Source of the DNA: Alphaproteobacteria bacterium
Lineage (GTDB): Bacteria; Pseudomonadota; Alphaproteobacteria; UBA6615
Assembly: GCA_965261975.1 (NCBI GenBank)
Contig: CBDHEC010000056.1
Span: 32,001 to 96,000 of the forward strand
DNA length: 64,000 bases
Direction of reading: 5' to 3'
Positions within the stretch are counted from its first letter, which is position 1; each line of letters opens with the position of its first letter. The notes below the pieces were generated by a model. The model did no database searches and was not told the DNA's origin. It was given only the letters and a program-made list of their open reading frames with translations. A program made the translations under genes and the position numbers. This document shows positions 19,927 to 28,596 of this stretch, in pieces.

Positions 19927-19940
19927 GTCTTATATAAGAC
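19927..19940. promoter_or_regulatory. Perfect 14-bp palindrome, candidate GntR/HutC operator
   Basis: GTCTTATATAAGAC about 57 nt upstream of the oxidoreductase ATG. Confidence 0.65.
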
Positions 19941-19996
19941 CGGGCTCTTCAGTTGATCCTGAGGCGTCCCGGTCGCTTTGTCTCGGGGGACGGAAA

Positions 19997-21055
19997 ATGA
20001 AACAGATCAATGTAGGCGTCATCGGACCGGGTTGGTGCGGTGGCATTCGGGCAAATGCATGTGCGATCAACCCACATGTGAATGAGCTGCACCTGGCCGA
20101 GATCCGGCCTGATCGCCTTGCCGAGGTCGCCGCCGAGACCAACCCGACATCCACAACCGACGATTATCAACAGATTCTCGCCAATGATTCGGTGGATGCG
20201 ATCTTCATTTCGGCGACGCCGGAATCCACCCATTATCCGATGATCCGGGATTCACTGCTGGCCGGAAAACATGTTTTCGTCGAGAAGCCGATTTCCTCGA
20301 CCATGGAAGAGGCCGATGAGGTCATCAGCATCGCCGAGAAGAAGAACCTGAAACTCTCGGTCGGCTATTCCCAGCGCTTCAAGCCGAAATTCGCCTTTGT
20401 GCACAAGGCGCTGAAGGACGGCTCGATCGGCGAGCCGGTGACCTGCCTGGTGAGCCGCAACGTGACGCGCGAACTTGGTGACAAGATCACCGGCCGCACC
20501 AAGATGTCGCCGGCCGCCATGGAAGCGACCCACGATCTGGATTTTCTGCTTTGGTGCCTGCGCCCGCGCAAGCCGGTTCGGGTCTATTCGCAGCAGTCGG
20601 GCAAGCTCTTTTCCAAAGACAGCGACACCCCCGACCACCAGTGGATCATGGTGACCATGGACGACGGAACGACCATCACGGTCGGTGCGGGCTGGATCCT
20701 GCCTCTGGGCTACAAGAACTACTCCCAGTGCTGGATCGAGGTTGTTGGCACCGACGGCGCGCTGACCATCGACGACACCCATAAGGAAGTACAGGTCAAC
20801 ACGGTCAAGAACGGCATCCAGTATCCGATGTCGACGATGCCGGGCGAGCCCGTCGATCACGTCTTCGCCGGCCCGATGAAGGCTGAGACGGACCATTTCA
20901 TCGAGGCCATTATCTATGACCGGCCGGTCATGGTGAAACCTTCCGAGGCGCGCGAAGTGATGGACGTCTACACGGCGGCCGACCTCTCGGCCGAACGCGG
21001 TGAGCCGGTCTCCCTGCCGCGCAACGATACGTCGAACCCGATGGCCGCCGAATAG
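19997..21055 (+). CDS. Gfo/Idh/MocA family oxidoreductase
   Basis: VGVIGPGWCG; GKHVFVEKP; ATHDLD. Confidence 0.9.
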   Translation: MKQINVGVIGPGWCGGIRANACAINPHVNELHLAEIRPDRLAEVAAETNPTSTTDDYQQILANDSVDAIFISATPESTHYPMIRDSLLAGKHVFVEKPISSTMEEADEVISIAEKKNLKLSVGYSQRFKPKFAFVHKALKDGSIGEPVTCLVSRNVTRELGDKITGRTKMSPAAMEATHDLDFLLWCLRPRKPVRVYSQQSGKLFSKDSDTPDHQWIMVTMDDGTTITVGAGWILPLGYKNYSQCWIEVVGTDGALTIDDTHKEVQVNTVKNGIQYPMSTMPGEPVDHVFAGPMKAETDHFIEAIIYDRPVMVKPSEAREVMDVYTAADLSAERGEPVSLPRNDTSNPMAAE

Positions 21056-21076
21056 GCCGCTTGAACGGAGAACAGA

Positions 21077-21847
21077 ATGACGGAAGCAAGTGACGACCGG
21101 ACCTCGGGCAGCTGGTTGAACTTCAACACCGCGTTCGGTGTCTTCGCCATCGTGTTTGGCGTGGTGTTGTTCATCATCACGCCCGATCAGGTTGATCGTC
21201 CGCGCCTGTTGTTCGGGCAGAAGCCCTCGGGGCTCGATCCTGATTTCTTCCCGCGCATGGTCGCGCTGTTCTTCGTCATCGTGGGGGTCTGGCTGATCTG
21301 GCGGGCGCGTACGCTGCGTGAAGACAACGACATGGCGGCGCTCGATTCCGAAGGGATCATGAGTGTCCTGTTCACGATCGGCGGCTTCATTGTCATGGCG
21401 GCTCTGATGCCGTGGCTGGGTTTCGTGATTTCGTCGTTCATTTTGCTGGCCGTGCTCTCGACCTTCGCGCGCATCGACGGGCCCGAAATGGGGCTGCGCC
21501 CGGCCGGGACCACGCCGGGGCCGGCGATCCAGATGGGCAGCTTCCGCACCAAGATCCTGGCCGACGAGTATGACGTGGGCCAGTGGTATGCGCAGTATCG
21601 ACTGCCCGCCATGGCGCGGATGCCCGGCTGCATCGCGGCACGGGTGATGGTCTCGCTCGCCGGCTGGGCCAAGTATTCTGTGATGTACGAATTCACCTCG
21701 CTCCAGGCCCGGCTCGAGAATTTCGAGGAACCCCATGAGGCCCTCGCGCTCGACGAGAATGAATGGACCGGCCGGGTCATCCGCTACACCATGCACACGC
21801 CGGGGTCCCCGACAGTGGGCGAGCGCATCTGGCCGCCGGTTGAGTAG
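21077..21847 (+). CDS. Apparent chimera: truncated TctB-like membrane domain fused to a soluble dimeric alpha/beta-barrel-like (EthD/DUF4286-like) domain
   Basis: GLDPDFFPR and LMPWLGFVISS are TctB-like; after about 21465 the sequence switches to a soluble QWYAQYRLPAMARMPGCIAAR segment. Confidence 0.55.
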   Translation: MTEASDDRTSGSWLNFNTAFGVFAIVFGVVLFIITPDQVDRPRLLFGQKPSGLDPDFFPRMVALFFVIVGVWLIWRARTLREDNDMAALDSEGIMSVLFTIGGFIVMAALMPWLGFVISSFILLAVLSTFARIDGPEMGLRPAGTTPGPAIQMGSFRTKILADEYDVGQWYAQYRLPAMARMPGCIAARVMVSLAGWAKYSVMYEFTSLQARLENFEEPHEALALDENEWTGRVIRYTMHTPGSPTVGERIWPPVE

Positions 21848-21852
21848 GCCCG

Positions 21853-22776
21853 ATGAGCGAGTTTGATATCCGGTTCTCCGGTTACCAGGGGCCGCGCTCG
21901 GTCCACAACCGGGCGGTGGGTGTGTTCGCCGAGAGCCTGTCGGGCGCACTCGGCGACCGGGTCGCGTTCGAGCATACCCTCAACGTGACGGAGCAAGGCC
22001 GCAAGGCCGCCGATCTGCTCGAAATGGTCGCCACGGGCGAGACCACGCTGTGTTACTTCTCGTCGAGTTACCTCGCCGACAAGGTGCCCGAGATTGCGCT
22101 GTTCGACCTGCCCTTCCTGATCCGTGACCGGGCCCAGGGGCACGCCATGCTTGATGGGCCGCTGGGCCAGTTGATCATGGACAAGATGGCCGAGGTGGCG
22201 GATTTCCGGATCGTCGCCTGGTGGGACAACGGGTTCCGGCACTTCTCGAACGGGGTCCGGGCCATCCGGCGTCCGGAGGATTGCGCGGGACTAAAAATTC
22301 GTACCTTGTTCAGCGCGCTGCAGCAGGAAAGCTTCGCCGCGATGGGCTTCGAGCCGGTCCCGCTCGACGTGGCCGAGTTGCCCGGCGCGTGCGCCGATGG
22401 AACGGTCGATGCCCAGGAAAACCCGCTGACAAATACCTACAACTTCGCGATCCACGAGCATCATCACTGGATCACCCGGTCCGGGCACTTCTTCGGCCCC
22501 TGCGTGGTGTTGGCGCACAAGGCGACCTGGGATGCCTGGCCGGATGATGTGCGCATGGCGGTAGAGGCAGCACTGGCCGCGGCGACGCCTGCCCAGCGCG
22601 GCTTTGCGGCGGGCGACGATGCGGAGATCGCCGCGAAGCTGCTGGACGCGGGCAATGAGCTGATCGACCTGTCGGAAGACGAGCGCGCGGCCTTTGTTGC
22701 CGCCGTGGCGCCCGTGGTTGAGCGCAACCTCGCGGGGTTGCGCGACGAGCTGTTCGAGTATCTGCCGAAGGGTTAG
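21853..22776 (+). CDS. TRAP transporter solute-binding protein (DctP family) without a signal peptide
   Basis: FDLPFL, WDNGFRHF, GLKIR, GTVDAQENP. Confidence 0.88.
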   Translation: MSEFDIRFSGYQGPRSVHNRAVGVFAESLSGALGDRVAFEHTLNVTEQGRKAADLLEMVATGETTLCYFSSSYLADKVPEIALFDLPFLIRDRAQGHAMLDGPLGQLIMDKMAEVADFRIVAWWDNGFRHFSNGVRAIRRPEDCAGLKIRTLFSALQQESFAAMGFEPVPLDVAELPGACADGTVDAQENPLTNTYNFAIHEHHHWITRSGHFFGPCVVLAHKATWDAWPDDVRMAVEAALAAATPAQRGFAAGDDAEIAAKLLDAGNELIDLSEDERAAFVAAVAPVVERNLAGLRDELFEYLPKG

Positions 22777-22799
22777 CGGTTGGGCGTGTCCGCCGCCCG

Positions 22800-23686
22800 C
22801 TACTCCATCTCCCGGATTTCGTCGAAGACGGATACAGCAGGCTGTAATCGTCCTCTGCCATGCCGCGCTCGATGGCCTTGTTCAGGAACGCGCTGGTCTC
22901 GCGGGCGTAACGCGCATCCATGTCGAGGCTCTCGGCCAGGCGCACCGCCATCCCCAGATCCTTGTTCAAATTGTAGACCCGGGAGCGCGCGTCCCACTTC
23001 TCCGACAGGATGTGCTTGGGAAACCGCGCCTCGGTCGCATAGCTGCGGGCGTTCGAGACGTTGAACACGTCGATCATGTCCGCAAGTTTGAGACCCGCGC
23101 GTTCGGCCATCCGGCCCGCTTCGCAGGTGGTCAGGAAGACGGCGTGCACGACCATGTTGTGGATCAGCTTCATGGCGTGGCCCGCGCCCACATCGCCGAG
23201 ATAGAAGATGTTCGCCGCGATCGCGTCGAGCTTGGGGCGGCAGGCCTCGAAGGTGGGTTCATCGCCGCCGATCATCAGGGTCAGGGTGCCGGCATCGGCG
23301 CCCGTCGCACCGCCGCTCATCGCCGCGTCGAGATAGGCGATGCCATGATCGGCCGCGCGGGCCGCGATCCGCTTCGTGTCCTCCGGAAACGACGTGGTCA
23401 GGTCGAAGATGATGGTGCCCTCACCGGTCATGGCGAGGACGCCGTCGGGGCCTTCGAAGGAGGCCTCGATCTCGGGCGAGGCGGGCACCACATAGATCAT
23501 CATGGCGCCGGCGGCCGCCATTTCGCCCGGGCTCATGACATGCGTGTCCGAACGGGCCTCGAACGGCGCGCGGGCGTCGGCATTGGTGTCCCATACGGCC
23601 GTCGTGTGGCCGGCCTTGGCGAAATTGTCGGCGATGCCACGGCCCATATTGCCGAGCCCGATAACACCGATTTCCGGTGTGGTCAT
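22800..23686 (-). CDS. 3-hydroxyisobutyrate/6-phosphogluconate dehydrogenase-family NAD(P) oxidoreductase; frameshift about 10 codons before the natural stop
   Basis: IGVIGLGNMG; DAAMSGG; GAGHAMKLIHN. The tail FDEIREME* lies in a shifted frame (break near 22827-22831). Confidence 0.8.
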
Positions 23687-23720
23687 GATCATTCTCCGAT
23701 TGGTTTAGTAGCTGGGCCCG

Positions 23721-24527
23721 TCAGCCTCGTTCGGCGACGTAGCTGTAGTCAGCGGTGTTGCAGCGGCTCAGCCGCCACTCGATAGGGCGCCCGTCGATGG
23801 TGACTGCGACCCGGTCTATTTCGAGCAGGGGCGCGCCGGGCATGACGCCCAGGAGCTGTGCCTCGAGCGGGTCGGCGGCGACAGCGCGCACGGACTCGCC
23901 AGCCTTGGCAACGGTGATACCGTATTCCCCCTGGAAGAAACGGTACAGGTTCTCGGGCAACTTGGTCTCGCCACCGAGACCGGGGAAGAGTTTCTGGGGC
24001 AGGGTGAGGCGTTCGACGATGGCCGGGCTGTCTTTTAGCGATCGCACCCGGTGGAGCGCGATAACCGCATCACCCGCATCGAGTTGAAGCCGGTTTCGCT
24101 CGTCTTCGGTTGCGGCGTGCTGCTCGCAGGCCAGGATCCGGCTCATGGGCATGGCGCGCTCGCCGTCCGGGCCAATGAGGTTGAAGTAGAAGAAAAGGGC
24201 GCGCCGTTCGGTGTATTCGGAAACGAAGGTTCCGCGTCCCTGTCGGCGTTCCAGAAGGTTCTCGGACACCATGTCGTTGAGGGCCTTGCGGACGGTCCCC
24301 TGGCTCACCGACAGTTCGCTTGCGAGGTCGAACTCGCTCGGCAACATATCGCCGGGTTTCCAGTAATTGTCGATCAGCCTGCCGCGGATGATCTCCTCGA
24401 CCTGGGCGTAAAGCGGCTTGCCCGGCGCGCGTTTCAGGCGCGGCGCCTTGGCCCGGTTCGATGGGGCCTTCCTGGTCTTGGCCGCTCGCGGCTTTGCCGT
24501 GTTTTCGGACTTGGCATTTCTCGCCAT
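23721..24527 (-). CDS. GntR-family regulator, HutC/UTRA subfamily
   Basis: PLYAQV…LPSEFDLA…VSQGTVRKAL…RRQGRGTFV followed by a UTRA-like C-terminus. Confidence 0.9.
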   Translation of the reverse strand: MARNAKSENTAKPRAAKTRKAPSNRAKAPRLKRAPGKPLYAQVEEIIRGRLIDNYWKPGDMLPSEFDLASELSVSQGTVRKALNDMVSENLLERRQGRGTFVSEYTERRALFFYFNLIGPDGERAMPMSRILACEQHAATEDERNRLQLDAGDAVIALHRVRSLKDSPAIVERLTLPQKLFPGLGGETKLPENLYRFFQGEYGITVAKAGESVRAVAADPLEAQLLGVMPGAPLLEIDRVAVTIDGRPIEWRLSRCNTADYSYVAERG

Positions 24528-24658
24528 GAACCGATCCGCCTCCCCGCTGTCGACATACAGGACCCCGGGGGCCCCGCAGCGCGGGACATGCGCGCCGTCA
24601 GCCCGTTTTTAATACGTGTCGGTGCTGGGGGCGTCAATCTGCCGTGGCCGCAGCGGCC

Positions 24659-25054
24659 TCAATCCAGTTCGCGCGACCCCGATGCGAAGCCGACCTTGAC
24701 CGTGATGGTGCCCTCGTTCACCAGCCAGGGCTGCACATGATGGTTGCGCGCGCCGGATGCGTGCATCGGATCGGCGGCCGCGATTTTCTCGGCCTCGGCG
24801 AAGTTTTCCGCACGGATAACGACCATCCCCGAGCCGGACCATGTCTCGCCGCCGCGATCGCCCATGGGGCCGGCGGCAAACATCACGCCGGTATCCTCGA
24901 GCATCCGCTGATAGGCAAGATGCTCGGTGATATTCTCCATGATCGGCTCCATCCCGTTGGCGGGATAGGTGAAGACGACGAAAAGTTCCTTGCCGAGGAA
25001 GTTATTGTTCTTCGCCCGTTCGAGCATATGCTCCCAGGTTCGCGTGTCCGACAT
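24659..25054 (-). CDS. YciI family protein
   Basis: EHLAYQ…AAGP…ADPMH. Confidence 0.85.
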   Translation of the reverse strand: MSDTRTWEHMLERAKNNNFLGKELFVVFTYPANGMEPIMENITEHLAYQRMLEDTGVMFAAGPMGDRGGETWSGSGMVVIRAENFAEAEKIAAADPMHASGARNHHVQPWLVNEGTITVKVGFASGSRELD

Positions 25055-25096
25055 GGCTTGTTCCTTCGATGAGAGGTCTCGCGCGTTCTGTGCGCG

Positions 25097-26218
25097 CTAC
25101 TTGTAATAGTCGTCGATTTCCAGCGGCAGGTCGATTCGCTCGCCGAGCTTGGAAGATTTATCCATGGCCATTGTGAGCAACAGGTTGCGGTGGCCGTCCT
25201 GGGCTGTGGCGTGGGGCGTGTCGAGGCCCGCGCACAGGCGCTGATACCAGGAGAAGGTCTCCTCGCGCATCGGCCCCCAGAGCTGGTTGTTGTAGATATC
25301 TCCGGGCGGGTAGCTGGTCATGAAATCCACATGGCGCTGGAACTCGGGCTCGAACCCGTCCGGCGCGTAGCCCGCACCCTGAGGTACCTCCGACGCAATG
25401 ATCATGTCGCGATGGGTGTCCTCGATATCGATCACGCCCTTATCGCCGATGATTCCGATCTCCAGTCCGTAGACAGCCCCCGGCCAGATGATCGGGGCGG
25501 CCCAGGAGATGTTCATGGAGAACATGGTGCCGTCGTCCATGGTGAAGATGCCGAAGGTGGAATCCTTGGTGCCGTACTGCGCCATGGCCTTGTCATTCGA
25601 CTGGGCGTAGAGCGAGACGGGGGTTTTCCCCTCCATCAGCCACATGCACATGTCGAGCGCGTGGGTGCCCGACACCACCATCGGCGTCAGATTCTCCCGC
25701 TGGTTCGTGCGCGCGACCGTCGCGATGGGAACCATCCGGTTCATGATCGCACGGGTGACCACGCCGGTGACCTCGCCGATCTGGCCGGTGACGAGGCGTT
25801 CCTTGACGGTCAGGAACCGGCGTCGGAAGCGCTGGGTGTAACCGACCACGGCATCGACGCCGTTGGTCTCGATCGCGCTGAGAACCGCCAGGGATTCTCG
25901 TACGTCGGTGGCCAGCGGCTTCTCGATGAAGAGCGCATGGCCCAGGTCCGCAGACATGACCGTCGGGCCCATGTGATGATTCTCATCGGTCGCGATGATC
26001 ACGGCGTCGACCTCGGGCCGCTTGATCAGTTCCTCGTAGCTGGCAGTGTGGAAGTCGGCGTTGGTGTCGTTGGCCAGCCTCTCGCGCAGGTCATCCTTGA
26101 TGTCGCACAGGCCGAGCCAGCCGATGCCGGGATAGTCGCGTGCAAACTCCGCGCGGATTCGACCGATCGTGCCGCAGCCGATGACCGCCAGGCCGATTGT
26201 TTTCTTTTCGTCGCTCAT
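25097..26218 (-). CDS. Gfo/Idh/MocA family oxidoreductase (paralog of 19997-21055)
   Basis: LAVIGCGTIG; FIEKP; GYTQRF; SGTHALD; IEDTH and WGPMREET resemble the partner gene. Confidence 0.9.
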   Translation of the reverse strand: MSDEKKTIGLAVIGCGTIGRIRAEFARDYPGIGWLGLCDIKDDLRERLANDTNADFHTASYEELIKRPEVDAVIIATDENHHMGPTVMSADLGHALFIEKPLATDVRESLAVLSAIETNGVDAVVGYTQRFRRRFLTVKERLVTGQIGEVTGVVTRAIMNRMVPIATVARTNQRENLTPMVVSGTHALDMCMWLMEGKTPVSLYAQSNDKAMAQYGTKDSTFGIFTMDDGTMFSMNISWAAPIIWPGAVYGLEIGIIGDKGVIDIEDTHRDMIIASEVPQGAGYAPDGFEPEFQRHVDFMTSYPPGDIYNNQLWGPMREETFSWYQRLCAGLDTPHATAQDGHRNLLLTMAMDKSSKLGERIDLPLEIDDYYK

Positions 26219-26416
26219 TGTTGCTCTTCTCCACTGCACGCGTTGTCACACGCGGTTATCCGACCGATCACCGGCCCTGTTCGGGTGCTGATATAGCATG
26301 TGTTGCAGCATCCGGCTGTTCCGCTTGGGCAAAACTTACACGCACTTGTGGAGACCTGCGCAAGGGCGCGCTAGAACGGATTGCGTGTGGTGCGCGGCGG
26401 AGCCGGGAACAGGTCC

Positions 26417-26869
26417 ATGACAAAGAACAATATTCGAGTCCACGCGACCTGTGTTGCCCTGCCAGACGCGGATGGCGTGTGGTCGGGCGTGTTGTTGCGT
26501 GGCCCGTCCGGCGCCGGGAAATCGGACCTGGCGCTTCGCCTGATCGACGAAGGCGCGCGCCTGGTGGCCGATGATCAGGCAGAGCTTCGGCCGGCCGGCA
26601 ACACGCTCCTGGCGTGCGCACCGGAAACCATCGCCGGGAAGATAGAGGCGCGCGGCGTCGGCATCGTCGAATTGCCTTATGTGGACGCGGTGCCGCTGCG
26701 GCTCGTTTGCGATCTGGTAGCCCCCGGTGAGGACCGGGTCGCGCGGCTTCCCGAACCCGCTGTGGTGCGCCTTGCGGGCATCGAACTCCCGCTGGTCACG
26801 CTGACGCCCTTTGAGGCCTCGGCGCCGGCCAAGCTTCGTTTGGTGTTCGGGATGCCCCTCAAGGTATAG
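26417..26869 (+). CDS. hprK: HPr kinase/phosphorylase, short alphaproteobacterial form
   Basis: HATCV; GPSGAGKS; LVADD; IEARGVGI. Confidence 0.9.
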   Translation: MTKNNIRVHATCVALPDADGVWSGVLLRGPSGAGKSDLALRLIDEGARLVADDQAELRPAGNTLLACAPETIAGKIEARGVGIVELPYVDAVPLRLVCDLVAPGEDRVARLPEPAVVRLAGIELPLVTLTPFEASAPAKLRLVFGMPLKV

Positions 26870-26900
26870 TCCGTTCGTCCAACAGAGCTGCCGACCTGCC

Positions 26901-27833
26901 ATGTCAGAAACGAATCAGACCGAAGCCGAAGATCCTGCCCCGCCATTGTCGCTGGCCGGCCGGGTGCTGGTGGTGACGGGCTTGTCGGGGGCCGGCCGGA
27001 CGACCGCGCTGAAGGCGCTGGAAGACATGAACTGCGAGGCGGTCGACAATTTGCCGGTGCGGCTTATGGGGACCCTTGTGCGCCAGGGCCCCGCGGAGGG
27101 GCGCGGTTTGGCGATCGGCGTTGACGTGCGCACCCGCGATTTCAATGCCGACAGGTTCGCCCAGGAAATTGACGCGTTGCGGTCAGCCGTCGATGCGCCG
27201 GTCGAGATGCTGTTCCTGGACAGCGATGATGACGTCATTGAACGACGCTATACCGAGACCCGCCGGGTACATCCCATGGCGAGTGATCGCCCGCTTGCCG
27301 ACGGCATCGCCGCTGAGCGGCGCCTGCTGGCGCCGCTTCGCGAGGCGGCTGATTTCGTCATCGATACCAGCCACTCGAACATTCATGAGTTCGCGCGTTT
27401 GTTGCGCGACCGCATGGTCGGCGCCGCGACGGGCGAGGCGAATGTGCTGGTGACGTCCTTCTCCTATCGTCACGGCGTGCCGCGGGACGCAGATATGGTC
27501 ATCGATGTGCGATTTCTTCGTAATCCGCATTACGACCCGGCGCTGCGCCCGCTTACGGGGCGCGATCCGGGGGTCGGCGCCTATGTCGCGGCGGACCCGG
27601 ATTTCGATGGTTTCTTTGCCCGTCAGACGGACTTGCTGGCGCTGTTGCTGCCGCGCTTCAATGAAGAGGGCAAAAGTTACCTGACGATCGCGATCGGCTG
27701 CACGGGCGGGCGCCACCGGTCGGTCTATGTGGCCGAACGCCTGCGGGACTGGATCGCCGAACGCATGAGCCATGTGGAATTGCGCCATCGGGAATTGTCC
27801 TTTGACGCCAATGCGGACCAGGAATCGCCATGA
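26901..27833 (+). CDS. rapZ: RNase adaptor RapZ
   Basis: VTGLSGAGRT; RYTETRRVHP; DVRFLRNP; IGCTGGRHRSV. Confidence 0.95.
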   Translation: MSETNQTEAEDPAPPLSLAGRVLVVTGLSGAGRTTALKALEDMNCEAVDNLPVRLMGTLVRQGPAEGRGLAIGVDVRTRDFNADRFAQEIDALRSAVDAPVEMLFLDSDDDVIERRYTETRRVHPMASDRPLADGIAAERRLLAPLREAADFVIDTSHSNIHEFARLLRDRMVGAATGEANVLVTSFSYRHGVPRDADMVIDVRFLRNPHYDPALRPLTGRDPGVGAYVAADPDFDGFFARQTDLLALLLPRFNEEGKSYLTIAIGCTGGRHRSVYVAERLRDWIAERMSHVELRHRELSFDANADQESP

Positions 27834-28249
27834 TCGGATTGCTGCTTGTGACTCATGGCCGGCTTGCCGATGAGTTTCTTGCCGCCCTTGAGCATGTCGT
27901 GGGGCCGCAGGATCAGATCGAGACCGTCTCCATCGATGCCGATGACGATATGGGGCAACGCCAGCAGGACATCGTTGACGCGGTGGCACGGGTCGCGAGT
28001 GGCGAGGGTGTTGTCATCCTGACCGATATGTTTGGCGGAACGCCCTCGAACCTGGCCATTTCCGTGATGGATACCAAGCAGGAGGGCGGGCCGGTGGAAG
28101 TGATCGCCGGTCTGAACCTGCCGATGCTGATCAAGCTGGCGCAGGCGCGCGGTGACATGGAGTTTTCAGCGCTTGTCGAGGCTGCGCAGGCCGCGGGGCG
28201 CAAATACATCAGCGTTGCGTCTGCGCTGCTGGGCTCGAAGCAGGCCTAG
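27830..28249 (+). CDS. manX: PTS EIIA component, mannose/fructose type
   Basis: MIGLLLVTHG; LTDMFGGTPSN; GLNLPML. Confidence 0.9.
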   Translation: MIGLLLVTHGRLADEFLAALEHVVGPQDQIETVSIDADDDMGQRQQDIVDAVARVASGEGVVILTDMFGGTPSNLAISVMDTKQEGGPVEVIAGLNLPMLIKLAQARGDMEFSALVEAAQAAGRKYISVASALLGSKQA

Positions 28250-28254
28250 TTGCG

Positions 28255-28533
28255 ATGACAGCCGGCTCACTTTCAAGGGTGGTCGAAATCACAAACAGCC
28301 GGGGCCTGCATGCACGCGCTGCCGCGCGATTTGTGCGTCTGGCAGAAACATTCGAGGCCGACATTTCCGTTGAGAAGGACGGAGCGTCGGTCCCCGGCAC
28401 ATCGATTATGGGGCTGATGATGTTTGCAGCGGCGCCTGGTTCGCGAATCACGATCAGCGCGTCGGGTGCGGATGCGCAGGCTGCGCTGGACGCCCTTGCG
28501 GGGCTCGTCGAGGACGGGTTTGGCGAGGAGTAG
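28255..28533 (+). CDS. ptsH: HPr/NPr phosphocarrier protein
   Basis: NSRGLHARAAA; SIMGLMM. Confidence 0.92.
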   Translation: MTAGSLSRVVEITNSRGLHARAAARFVRLAETFEADISVEKDGASVPGTSIMGLMMFAAAPGSRITISASGADAQAALDALAGLVEDGFGEE

Positions 28534-28544
28534 ACCCGTGAACG

Positions 28545-28572
28545 AAAAACGGCGCCCCGCCGGGGCGCCGTT
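28545..28572 (-). terminator. Rho-independent terminator for porin 1, possibly bidirectional
   Basis: AACGGCGCCCC-GCC-GGGGCGCCGTT with an A-run on the left. Confidence 0.8.
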
Positions 28573-28596
28573 CTCGCGACCTTCTGTCTCTGGTGA

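Noticed and set aside
20252-21949. 565-aa minus-strand ORF, and similar long antisense ORFs over ahcY, divL, addAB, rpsA and aroA
   Set aside because: They lie opposite well-supported genes, have Arg/Pro/Gly-rich non-protein-like composition and no motifs
26417-26869. Short HprK as a truncated pseudogene
   Set aside because: Alphaproteobacterial HprK normally lacks the N-terminal domain
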